Below, piece after piece: positions 1 to 7,601 of a stretch of DNA of 17,856 nt; the first letter of the stretch is position 1, and every line of letters starts with the position of its first letter. The position numbers were made by a program, and so were the translations under genes. The stretch comes from Saprospiraceae bacterium. GTDB taxonomy: Bacteria; Bacteroidota; Bacteroidia; Chitinophagales; Saprospiraceae. Location of the stretch: positions 1 to 17,856 of the forward strand of contig JAHDGD010000078.1 of assembly GCA_020627825.1 (NCBI GenBank), in the 5' to 3' direction. The notes below the pieces were generated by a model that saw only the letters and a list, made by a program, of their open reading frames with translations, ran no database searches and had not been told where the DNA came from.

Positions 1-254
1 GCTCATACACTTGCTTTTATGTACGACAAAATTTCGACATTTTTTAACGCAATTGTACTTAAGGCCGAACTTTTTTTCTGTTCACATGAAAATAATTTGA
101 ACTATTGTATAATGGAAAGAAAGTTCTAGTTAGATAGAATAATGGATAAGGAATTTTATCAGAAACCTTTTAAAGGGTTAGGTTTGACTATAAATTCCGA
201 AGGAATTATTCACGTTACTTTAACTCATCACACTAAAAAGAACCGTATGAACAA

Positions 255-1064
255 TTATTTAGTAATCGGAGGACATTCAACACTTCCAAAATAACGCATG
301 ATGCTTATGCCAAAAAAAGAATAATTATCATTTCGAGTGGCATCTCCTCTTTGCCTTCCAGCTTCACCTATCTGTGGAGTAATCGATCGGTCACTTAAGA
401 TTACGGCAGTTTCTCCTCTATCACTTAAAAGCTCTGCTGAATTGGGATATGTTCTGCTAACGTCATCTAAGTAATCGGTAAATAAAGAACGCATTGTAAA
501 TTCAATATTGATGGACCATTCATAATTGATGTCCCACTTAAATCCACCTCCATATACAATCCCACCATTAATGAAAAAGTATTCGTTTCCAGGAGCTTGT
601 CCTTCAGTTCCCAATGGACGCAAGAAGTGATTTGTCCCATCAAGTTCTGTGAATGGAGCGAAGTAAAACAAATTCAAACCTAGAGAAAGATAAGGAGTGA
701 AATATTCGGTTTGACTTCCATGTGTATAAGGTAGGAAATTAAATTCTCCAACTACAGAAACATCTGCGAGATGTGATTTGAAATCCAAATTTCTTCTTTT
801 TTCAAAAACATTGGAATTATTTCGGTCACTACCATACACATAGCCATAGTTTAACGAAGCTTTTGTACAGATTCTCTTTCCGAAATTATATCGCCCATTA
901 ATACCGACTGCTGGACCAACATCAGTTAACCTATAATTCGCATTTAATTCACCGAAATAATTAGATACCCCTACCCATGGCCCAAGTTCATATCCCTTTT
1001 GAGCTTGACTCAAGCTAATAGAAAAGAAAAAAGCAACCACACTTAACAGACAAAACTTCTTCAT
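255..1064 (-). CDS. Secreted outer-membrane beta-barrel-like protein (resembles the small Bacteroidota DUF6089-type OMP family)
   Basis: Track ORF is 255..1088. I prefer the internal Met at 1064 because MKKFCLLSVVAFFFSISLSQAQ is a textbook n-h-c signal peptide. The mature part is Gly/Tyr/Asn/Phe-rich with alternating beta-strand-like patterns (YELGPWVGVSNYFGELN, VSVVGEFNFLPY, FFGISIMRYF). The family name is from memory, not a search. Confidence 0.6.
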   Translation of the reverse strand: MKKFCLLSVVAFFFSISLSQAQKGYELGPWVGVSNYFGELNANYRLTDVGPAVGINGRYNFGKRICTKASLNYGYVYGSDRNNSNVFEKRRNLDFKSHLADVSVVGEFNFLPYTHGSQTEYFTPYLSLGLNLFYFAPFTELDGTNHFLRPLGTEGQAPGNEYFFINGGIVYGGGFKWDINYEWSINIEFTMRSLFTDYLDDVSRTYPNSAELLSDRGETAVILSDRSITPQIGEAGRQRGDATRNDNYSFFGISIMRYFGSVECPPITK

Positions 1065-1110
1065 CTTAGTAGGAACGTAATGGATCAAAATAAAGTATTT
1101 GTTGCATGAA

Positions 1111-1620
1111 TTAACGTGTCGAGCTTAATTTGTTCCAGCCAAAACTCAATCCCACTATAGCGGCTATGAGTATAAGGATTACATACTGAAAAGGAATAAA
1201 TGTAATAGCAAAAATGCGTGTTCGATCTAGTATCCACATCAGACCAATTACAATCGCAACAATCATAACTAGACCCGAAAGTCTATCGAATCCAGGAATA
1301 AGATTCAAGTCAACATTTTTACGAATAATAAAAAATGTAACTAACATGGTAATTATAGGCAGCACCTGCGTAAAAAGATTCATTCTCATGACACTCTGTC
1401 TCTCGAATAAAAACAAATAGACATTTAAAAAAACTGCAAAGATTCCAGGGATTGCTGCCATATACAAAAGAACACAGTATACATATTTCCATGGACTTGT
1501 GTGCCCTTCTCCTTTTCCCATAACGCCACATAAATATGCTGTTAGCGGCAAGGCAATAAAATAGAATAAGGTAATAGATGGGTTATTACTTAACACATCA
1601 AAAAGCTCTTGTAAAGTCAT
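1111..1620 (-). CDS. Small polytopic inner-membrane protein (about 5 TM helices), function unknown
   Basis: 169-aa ORF with five long hydrophobic segments (ITLFYFIALPLTAYLCGV, YVYCVLLYMAAIPGIFAVFLNVYLFLF, VLPIITMLVTFFII, LSGLVMIVAIVIGLMWIL, FQYVILILIAAIVGLSF). Its ATG lies 9 nt after the sucB stop, which suggests co-transcription. I recognise no family. Confidence 0.6.
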   Translation of the reverse strand: MTLQELFDVLSNNPSITLFYFIALPLTAYLCGVMGKGEGHTSPWKYVYCVLLYMAAIPGIFAVFLNVYLFLFERQSVMRMNLFTQVLPIITMLVTFFIIRKNVDLNLIPGFDRLSGLVMIVAIVIGLMWILDRTRIFAITFIPFQYVILILIAAIVGLSFGWNKLSSTR

Positions 1621-1629
1621 AAGTCGCGG

Positions 1630-2862
1630 TTAGATATCTAAAAATAAACTAACTGGATCTTCGAGGTATTCTTTTACTTTAACCAAGAAAGTAACACTTG
1701 TACTTCCATCAATGACCCTATGATCGTAAGACAAAGCAATATACATCATTGGTCTTATTTCAACTTGTCCATCAACAGCAACTGGTCGCTGAATGATATT
1801 ATGCATACCAAGTATCGCACTTTGCGGCTCATTGATGATAGGAGTACTCAACATTGACCCAAATATTCCACCATTTGTAATCGTGAAAGTTCCCCCCTGC
1901 ATTTCATCCAATGTCAACTTTCCTGCTCTTGCTTTTTTAGCTAAATAGGCAATTTGTTTTTCGATATCAGCATAGCTTAAGGATTCTACATTCTTTACAG
2001 GAGGAACAACAAGTCCTGTAGGTGTAGAAATGGCAATTGAAATATCTACAAAATCATGATAAATCAGTTCATTTCCATCAATTTGAGCATTTACTGCAGG
2101 TAGTTCCTGAAGTGCTTTTGCACAAGCTTTAGCGAAAATGGACATAAAGCCTAATTTAATTCCATATTTAGCAACAAACTTTTCTTGGTATTTCTTTCGC
2201 ATTTTCATGACTTCCGAAAGATCTACTTCATTGAAAGTCGTCAACATTGCGGTATTGTTCTTTGCTGAAACAAGTCGAGTAGCAATCGTTCTTCTCATTC
2301 TACTCATCTTCTCTCTCCTTACCTCTCTGCTAAAGCCACTGGTACTTGTTGTTAAACTAGGAGCCTCAATTGTTTCTTCTTTGGCAGGTGCTGATGTTTT
2401 TGATTTTGCCTCAGCTTTTTGAGCATCTTGATGCGTAATGCGACCGCCTTTTCCAGTGCCTTTTATATCTTCAGCAGATAATCCTTTTTCAGCCATTACT
2501 TTTGCAGCTGCAGGGGATGGATGCCCTTTTGCATGCCCTTCCTCAGAAGGAGCTGGAGTCGATTCTTTTTGGGTGGAAGCCTCTTTCTTCTCTTCTTTAG
2601 CTGCTTGCTTAGCACCACCAGAAACAGACGTGTCAATTTTTGCAACAATAGCACCAATCTCCAAGTCATCATCCTCTGCTGCAACATGAATTAACTTACC
2701 TGCAACCTCTGCTGGTAATTCAAGAGTTGCCTTATCGCTTTCAAATTCACAGATCGCCTGATCCAATTCAACATAATCACCATTTTTAACTAACCATGTT
2801 GATAATGTAACTTCTGTGATGGATTCCCCTATAGTAGGAACTTTGATTTCAACTACGCTCAT
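1630..2862 (-). CDS. sucB: Dihydrolipoyllysine-residue succinyltransferase, E2 component of 2-oxoglutarate dehydrogenase
   Basis: N-terminal lipoyl domain with the ESDKATLE lipoyl-lysine motif (Lys44, about nt 2731..2733). Ala/Pro/Lys-rich linkers. Peripheral subunit-binding domain ([31 protein letters not shown]). C-terminal acyltransferase core closely collinear with E. coli SucB as I recall it ([48 protein letters not shown] catalytic His). Confidence 0.93.
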   Translation of the reverse strand: MSVVEIKVPTIGESITEVTLSTWLVKNGDYVELDQAICEFESDKATLELPAEVAGKLIHVAAEDDDLEIGAIVAKIDTSVSGGAKQAAKEEKKEASTQKESTPAPSEEGHAKGHPSPAAAKVMAEKGLSAEDIKGTGKGGRITHQDAQKAEAKSKTSAPAKEETIEAPSLTTSTSGFSREVRREKMSRMRRTIATRLVSAKNNTAMLTTFNEVDLSEVMKMRKKYQEKFVAKYGIKLGFMSIFAKACAKALQELPAVNAQIDGNELIYHDFVDISIAISTPTGLVVPPVKNVESLSYADIEKQIAYLAKKARAGKLTLDEMQGGTFTITNGGIFGSMLSTPIINEPQSAILGMHNIIQRPVAVDGQVEIRPMMYIALSYDHRVIDGSTSVTFLVKVKEYLEDPVSLFLDI

Positions 2863-2919
2863 GTTGATATTTTCTTTTTATACTAAACCCTTTTCTTTCT
2901 AAAAGGATGTTTTGATTTG

Positions 2920-2927
2920 CAAAAATA
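2920..2927 (-). promoter_or_regulatory. Bacteroidota-type -7 promoter element (TAnnTTTG) for sucB
   Basis: The minus strand reads TATTTTTG, 4 nt after the TerB-like stop and 57 nt upstream of the sucB ATG (2862). Confidence 0.35.
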
Positions 2928-2931
2928 ATTC

Positions 2932-3309
2932 TTAATTTAAATATTGTCGAATTACACTGACTAATTTATCATCAGGTAATTTATTGTCAATATGCTTTTC
3001 CATAACGTCTAACATTGCATTGACCATATCCGTTCGGAAACCAAGAGCAACCCCAAATTTCAATGCTATCTTTCTTTCACTAGGCTCCACTACACCATCA
3101 ATTTTGATTAAAAACAACAAATAATATAAAATGGTCATTCTCGCTTTTTCATCCTTTGGGATCTCTACGTCGTTATCCAACAAAGAGTCAGCTTGATCTA
3201 CATTTTCTTCTATAACTTGACTGATGAATTGTTTCTCTTCCTCTGAAAAATGTCCATCTGCATAAGCCATTTGATACAGTAAGTTTATAAGTATGTTCGT
3301 GTATTCCAT
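2932..3309 (-). CDS. TerB-like (tellurite-resistance TerB / DjlA N-domain-type) small helical protein
   Basis: 125-aa acidic helical ORF with two copies of the TerB-type hydrophobic-(A/I)DG-x5-E pattern (MAYADGHFSEEEKQFI and LIKIDGVVEPSERKIAL). Its ATG overlaps the TAA of the upstream GGGPS gene by 1 nt (TAATG at 3307..3311, minus strand). Confidence 0.5.
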   Translation of the reverse strand: MEYTNILINLLYQMAYADGHFSEEEKQFISQVIEENVDQADSLLDNDVEIPKDEKARMTILYYLLFLIKIDGVVEPSERKIALKFGVALGFRTDMVNAMLDVMEKHIDNKLPDDKLVSVIRQYLN

Positions 3310-4049
3310 TATTTTCCTATTGCTTTTGATATTTCAAATATTAATGAAGGATTTTTTTCTATTGCATTACCTACTACAATCACATCTGCTCCTGCATCGA
3401 CCATTTTTTTCGCTTGTTCTCCTGATCGAATTCCACCTCCTACTATGAGGGGAACTTCTACAGCAGAAGAAACCATTTCGATCATTTTTTCAGGTACACA
3501 ATATTGTGCTCCACTTCCAGCATCCATAAAAATTTGTTTCATACCAAGCATTTCGCCTGCTAAAGCGGTAGATAGTGCAATGTCATATTTTGTATTCGGT
3601 ATAGGAGTGGTATTGGAAATATATTGAACTGTTGTTGATATTCCACCGTCAATCAACATATAACCGGTACTAATGACTTCTAATCCACTTATCTTTAAAT
3701 AAGGTGCGGAAATGACATGATTCCCTATCAACAATTCTGCATTTCTACCAGAAATAAGCGACAAGAAGAGTATTCCATCAGCTTTATAAGACAGTTGATA
3801 AGAGTTTCCAGGAAAAAGAATCGTAGGGATTTGAGATTTCTTTTTTATTTCCGTAATCACTTCGTCAAGCATGTTGTTAACAATGAGACTTCCCCCTATA
3901 TAGAAATAGTCAACTTTTGCCTTACTAGCCATATCGACAATGTCGTCAATGCTATTGAGTTTTAATTTGTCAGGATCAATGAGCACAGCGAATTTTTTTT
4001 CACCTTTTGCTTTACTTTCCTGTAAATCTTTGTAAAGTTGAGTATTCAT
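3309..4049 (-). CDS. Geranylgeranylglyceryl / heptaprenylglyceryl phosphate synthase family protein (PcrB/GGGPS, TIM-barrel)
   Basis: 246 aa, the typical size for this family. N-terminus KKFAVLIDPDK, mid-region YFYIGGS, and C-terminal phosphate-binding signature PLIVGGGIRSGEQAKKMVDAGADVIVVGNAIEK, which is characteristic of PcrB/GGGPS. Confidence 0.85.
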   Translation of the reverse strand: MNTQLYKDLQESKAKGEKKFAVLIDPDKLKLNSIDDIVDMASKAKVDYFYIGGSLIVNNMLDEVITEIKKKSQIPTILFPGNSYQLSYKADGILFLSLISGRNAELLIGNHVISAPYLKISGLEVISTGYMLIDGGISTTVQYISNTTPIPNTKYDIALSTALAGEMLGMKQIFMDAGSGAQYCVPEKMIEMVSSAVEVPLIVGGGIRSGEQAKKMVDAGADVIVVGNAIEKNPSLIFEISKAIGK

Positions 4050-4054
4050 ACGCG

Positions 4055-4062
4055 CAAAGATA
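4055..4062 (-). promoter_or_regulatory. Bacteroidota-type -7 promoter element (TAnnTTTG) for the GGGPS/TerB-like pair
   Basis: The minus strand reads TATCTTTG-CGCGT-ATG, so the box ends 5 nt before the start codon at 4049. Confidence 0.45.
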
Positions 4063-4093
4063 ACCTTTTTTGTGTTTCAGTTGACTGCACAGG

Positions 4094-4113
4094 TTTTGGG
4101 TTGGGACCCAAAA
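4094..4113 (-). terminator. Hairpin immediately after the menA stop (possible terminator or mRNA 3' stabiliser)
   Basis: TTTTGGGT (4094..4101) / ACCCAAAA (4106..4113), 4-nt loop. It lies 5 nt past the menA stop codon (4119..4121) and upstream of the GGGPS promoter-like box. Confidence 0.4.
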
Positions 4114-4118
4114 GGATT

Positions 4119-5009
4119 TTAGTAAAAAATATGACCGATTCCGAAGCTAACAACAAAGAATAATGTAGTTAAAGCCATTTGCTTAAGATAGGGGTCAAGT
4201 TTATGTGCCTCTTTAAGATTTCGAACAGCTTGCCCATTTTTATAGAGTAATGGAATGGTCAAAAGGAAAAGGAATTGAAATGGTCCTTTGAAGTTGAACA
4301 AAACATACAGTAAAGAACATAAAATGCCGGCTACTAATAAAACAATATGATACTGAACAGCTTTCGCTCTCCCTAGTCTTACAGGAATAGAGTTTTTACC
4401 TGATTGTTTATCGGATTCGATGTCTCTAATATTGTTTAAGTTCAGCACTGCAACTGCAAAGAAACTACAAGATAGTGCAGGTAATACACCAAGAAAATGA
4501 ATGGATTTAGTGTGTAAATAATAAGTGCCCAAAACACCTATTATTCCGAAAAATAGAAAAACAGATAAATCTCCTAAACCCGAGTATCCATATGGATTTT
4601 CTCCCATAGTATATTTTATCGCAGCAGCAATTGCGGCAATTCCGAAAAAAAGAAAAATAAGAAAAGTATAATTTATATCAAGTCCTACAAAAAGTAAAGA
4701 TACACCAGAAATAAAACTTAGAATGGCAAAAATGATAATTGCTCGAAACATAGCATTTGGTGAAATTAAGCCAGCTTGAACGCTTCTTTGTGGGCCTTCA
4801 CGCTGATCACCATCAACTCCGCTTTTTGCATCTCCATAATCGTTGGCAAGATTTGAAAGTATCTGAAGAAATAGTGTTGTAAGTAGACTTAAAATTGCAA
4901 TACTCCATTTCATTTTTCCATCTACATAAGCTAAAATACTTCCCATAGAAATGCAGGCAAGTGCAAGCGGTAATGTTCTTAAACGGAAAGCTTTAATCCA
5001 TGCTTTCAT
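4119..5009 (-). CDS. menA: 1,4-dihydroxy-2-naphthoate polyprenyltransferase (UbiA superfamily, menaquinone biosynthesis)
   Basis: 296-aa polytopic membrane protein. WIKAFRLRTLPLA and LQILSNLANDYGDAKSG (first Asp-rich motif) nearly match E. coli MenA as I recall it. The second motif is LNLNNIRDIESDKQSGKNSIPVRLG. Confidence 0.9.
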   Translation of the reverse strand: MKAWIKAFRLRTLPLALACISMGSILAYVDGKMKWSIAILSLLTTLFLQILSNLANDYGDAKSGVDGDQREGPQRSVQAGLISPNAMFRAIIIFAILSFISGVSLLFVGLDINYTFLIFLFFGIAAIAAAIKYTMGENPYGYSGLGDLSVFLFFGIIGVLGTYYLHTKSIHFLGVLPALSCSFFAVAVLNLNNIRDIESDKQSGKNSIPVRLGRAKAVQYHIVLLVAGILCSLLYVLFNFKGPFQFLFLLTIPLLYKNGQAVRNLKEAHKLDPYLKQMALTTLFFVVSFGIGHIFY

Positions 5010-5061
5010 AGGGGCATGATTTTAGTTGAAAAACGATGGTTAAGTTAGATAACAAAGCGAG

Positions 5062-5069
5062 CAAAAGTA
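5062..5069 (-). promoter_or_regulatory. Bacteroidota-type -7 promoter element (TAnnTTTG) for menA
   Basis: The minus strand reads TACTTTTG, 52 nt upstream of the menA ATG (5009), in the divergent menA / murF-alr intergenic region. Confidence 0.35.
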
Positions 5070-5146
5070 AAGTTTATTCTGAAATAATGAAAGCATGATC
5101 CTTTGCAATTCAGCGATTGATCTTTTAACCAATTCAAAAATGCGTG

Positions 5147-5154
5147 TACCTTTG
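5147..5154 (+). promoter_or_regulatory. Bacteroidota-type -7 promoter element (TAnnTTTG) for murF-alr
   Basis: The plus strand reads TACCTTTG-TTCTT-ATG, so the box ends 5 nt before the ATG at 5160. Confidence 0.45.
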
Positions 5155-5159
5155 TTCTT

Positions 5160-7568
5160 ATGCAATTGGAACTGGACTATATCATATCAATGCCAGAAAT
5201 TCGAATGGTAAAATCATCAGAAGAGCATATAGTATCTTCTATTGTATTCAACCACATCATGTATGATTCTCGAAAACAAAATGTGGGAAGCGAGACATTA
5301 TTTGTGGATTTAGGAGATCAAGAAGGTCATCGTCAACAAGCTTATAGAAAAGGAGTGCGATTTTTTTTGATGTCTCACGTGCCCATTCGGTTGATGCCTT
5401 CATGTATTTATTTAGTATGTGAAGATGTTCTGGAGAGTTTGCAAAAAATAGCTTTGGAATATAGAGCGAAACATGCTGCAGAAATTATAGCAATTACTGG
5501 AAGCAATGGAAAAACGATAACTAAAGAATGGCTAAGTACTATATTGGGGAGTTCCTTTAGACTGGGTAAATCGCCTGGATCTTATAATTCCCAACTCGGA
5601 GTACCCTTATCTATTTTATCTTTAAAAGAAGAAGTGGAAATTGGAATCATTGAAGCTGGAATTTCGAAAAAAGGAGAAATGGAGAAGCTTGAACGAATGA
5701 TTCAACCTGAGATTGGTGTTTTGACGAAGATGGGAGATGCACATTCGGAAGGATTTGAAACATTTGAAGAGAAGTTAAGTGAGAAGTTAAAGCTGTTCAA
5801 AGGATGTGAAAAAATCATTTCCGAACTTTTCGAAGATCTTGAAGGAAATGATTTTTATCGGGAAAGAAAAGCGGACTGGGTGACCTGGAGTGAACCATCG
5901 GGAAAGGGGGATTATCTTGTTTCTACACAAAAAAAAGAAGCATATATTCTTATCCATTTTTCAGGAAAAATAGATACAGAATTTCAATTCTCTCTTCATG
6001 ATAATGCCTCTATTTCAAATATTATTTTATGCATCATCGTGGCGCTTGAACACAATACATCACCTGCGGATATTCAACAACAATTAGACAATATTCAACC
6101 TATTTCTATGCGACTCGAACTCATGAAAGCATCAGGAAATTGTCTGCTTATTAACGATAGTTATAATTCCGATTTAACATCTTTACAAAACGCGCTTGAA
6201 TTCGCAATTCAACAAAAACATAACAGATCACTGACGTTGCTTTTAAGTGCTTTTGATGAACAAAGGAATAAAGATGAATTTTATACGGAATTGCAACAAT
6301 TGATTCAATATTACCCTGTTGATAAGATTTATTTCGTAGGAGATCAACATGAGTTCGAATCAGCTGATCTTTATTTTCAAGACACTACTGAAATACTAAA
6401 TCACTTAATCAAAAATAGACCGCAAGATGAATTGTTGTTGATTAAAGGAGCACGTAGATTCAAATTTGAAATGTTAGCCGATTTTTTAAAGGAGAATCAA
6501 CACCGCACTATTCTGCAAACACGATTATCGAGCATCGGACACAATATCAAATTGTTTAAATCTCGTACGCGTAGTGAAACAAAAATAATGGCTGTTGTTA
6601 AAGCAGGAGCATATGGAAGTGACGCGATTCGTGTGAGTAGGTATGTAGAAAAATTGGGAGTAGACTATTTAGCAGTTGCCTATTTCGAAGAAGGAATTGA
6701 ATTGAGAAATGAAGGCGTAAAAATTCCTATCATGGTCATGAATCCAGATCCTACTCTTTTTTCAATCGGTGCAACGTATAATTTAGAACCAGAAATCTAT
6801 TCTCTAGAACAACTACAAGCACTTGAATTTTCAAGCAATTTAAAGATTCACTTGATGATTGATTCGGGAATGAACAGACTGGGGTTTAAACCGGAGGAAT
6901 TATCGGACCTTATTTCTTTTATTAAGTTGAATCCGTTGTTGAATATCGCATCTGTTTTTTCACATTTAAGTGCGTCAGATGATCCAAAAAGTGATGCATT
7001 TACACAGCAACAGAAACAAGTATTTGATGCGTGTTATCAAACACTTAGTGATGCACTAGAGATAAATCCATTGAAACATATGTGCAATTCTCACGGAGCA
7101 ATTTCATATCCAGCATTGCATTATGATATGATTCGTGTAGGGATTGGCCTTCATGGATTGATTCCATTTTCAGAGCTCGAATGTGCGCATCGATTAATAA
7201 GTTATGTAGCTCAAGTAAAGGATGTTAAAGAAGGAGAAAGTGTAGGATATAATAGAGCTTTTATTGCACCACATGATTTAAAAACAGCAACGATAAGTAT
7301 TGGTTATGCCGATGGGATTAGTAGAAAACATGGGAATGGAAATTCTACCTTTTTCATTCAAGGGAAAGCCTATAAAACAATAGGAAATGTTTCGATGGAT
7401 ACGATCGTATTGGATGTTAGTAATAGTAATGTCCAACAAGGTGATGAAGTCGTAATTTTCGAAACGAAGGAACAGTTTCTTACTTTATGTCAAACTGCTG
7501 GAGTTATTCCATATGAATTCATATGTGGAATAGGAAAAAGAGTTGCTCGCAACAGTCATTTAGAATAA
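5160..7568 (+). CDS. Bifunctional MurF-like UDP-MurNAc-tripeptide--D-Ala-D-Ala ligase / alanine racemase fusion protein
   Basis: The N-terminal ~445 aa carry Mur-ligase motifs: P-loop ITGSNGKTITKE (nt ~5496), YNSQLGVPLS, IIEAGIS, GVLTKMGDAHSEGF, and C-domain INDSYNSDLTS. The C-terminal ~355 aa form an alanine racemase: PLP-Lys motif AVVKAGAYG (Lys481 = nt 6600..6602), HLMIDSGMNRLG, ISIGYADG, SMDTIVLDV. One uninterrupted frame. Confidence 0.9.
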   Translation: MQLELDYIISMPEIRMVKSSEEHIVSSIVFNHIMYDSRKQNVGSETLFVDLGDQEGHRQQAYRKGVRFFLMSHVPIRLMPSCIYLVCEDVLESLQKIALEYRAKHAAEIIAITGSNGKTITKEWLSTILGSSFRLGKSPGSYNSQLGVPLSILSLKEEVEIGIIEAGISKKGEMEKLERMIQPEIGVLTKMGDAHSEGFETFEEKLSEKLKLFKGCEKIISELFEDLEGNDFYRERKADWVTWSEPSGKGDYLVSTQKKEAYILIHFSGKIDTEFQFSLHDNASISNIILCIIVALEHNTSPADIQQQLDNIQPISMRLELMKASGNCLLINDSYNSDLTSLQNALEFAIQQKHNRSLTLLLSAFDEQRNKDEFYTELQQLIQYYPVDKIYFVGDQHEFESADLYFQDTTEILNHLIKNRPQDELLLIKGARRFKFEMLADFLKENQHRTILQTRLSSIGHNIKLFKSRTRSETKIMAVVKAGAYGSDAIRVSRYVEKLGVDYLAVAYFEEGIELRNEGVKIPIMVMNPDPTLFSIGATYNLEPEIYSLEQLQALEFSSNLKIHLMIDSGMNRLGFKPEELSDLISFIKLNPLLNIASVFSHLSASDDPKSDAFTQQQKQVFDACYQTLSDALEINPLKHMCNSHGAISYPALHYDMIRVGIGLHGLIPFSELECAHRLISYVAQVKDVKEGESVGYNRAFIAPHDLKTATISIGYADGISRKHGNGNSTFFIQGKAYKTIGNVSMDTIVLDVSNSNVQQGDEVVIFETKEQFLTLCQTAGVIPYEFICGIGKRVARNSHLE

Positions 7569-7601
7569 AAAACAGAAAAGGAAAACGTTTACATGCATTT
7601 C

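Noticed and set aside
1-141. Leading 141 nt checked for a tRNA or other ncRNA, a promoter, or a gene end. Includes a 36-codon ORF from 19 and an rc ATG at 4..6 that would run out of the window.
   Set aside because: There is no cloverleaf-like or GC-rich structured segment. The TAATTTG near 94..100 is one T short of the TAnnTTTG consensus. The ORFs are too short or truncated to evaluate.
193-207. Hairpin AATTCC-gaa-GGAATT about 48 nt downstream of the OMP stop, a possible terminator.
   Set aside because: It is a 6-bp AT-rich stem with a 3-nt loop and no T tract, so it cannot be distinguished from chance.
142-294. 50-codon plus-strand ORF (MDKEFYQKPFKGLGLTINSEGIIHVTLTHHTKKNRMNNYLVIGGHSTLPK). 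Its middle loosely resembles the N-terminus of crotonase/enoyl-CoA hydratase proteins (..GIxxITLNRPxKxNAxN..), so it could be a gene remnant.
   Set aside because: It is only about 20 residues of loose similarity, recalled from memory. The ORF ends after 50 aa, overlaps the 3' end of the convergent OMP gene, and has no continuation in any frame. That is not enough to call a pseudogene. A tblastn/HMM search with crotonase profiles would settle it.
1214-1531. ORFs 1214..1420 (+) and 1319..1531 (-, alternate frame) inside the 5-TM membrane protein gene.
   Set aside because: They are nested, shorter than the host ORF and lack any motif. The host frame gives coherent TM helices.
2138-2689. Plus-strand ORFs 2138..2422 and 2438..2689, and minus-strand alternate-frame ORF 2496..2687, all inside sucB.
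   Set aside because: They are fully nested in a CDS with strong motif support. They arise from the repetitive Ala/Lys/Pro-rich linker coding region, and their products are low-complexity with no motifs.
2889-2906. Small hairpin CCTTTT-ctttct-AAAAGG between the sucB promoter-like box and the sucB ATG.
   Set aside because: It is a 6-bp, mostly A/U stem with no flanking U tract. It is too weak to call a terminator, attenuator or riboswitch.
3445-3965. Plus-strand ORFs 3445..3627 and 3717..3965, antisense to the GGGPS gene.
   Set aside because: They are nested antisense ORFs with no motifs, and the sense frame carries the PcrB/GGGPS signature.
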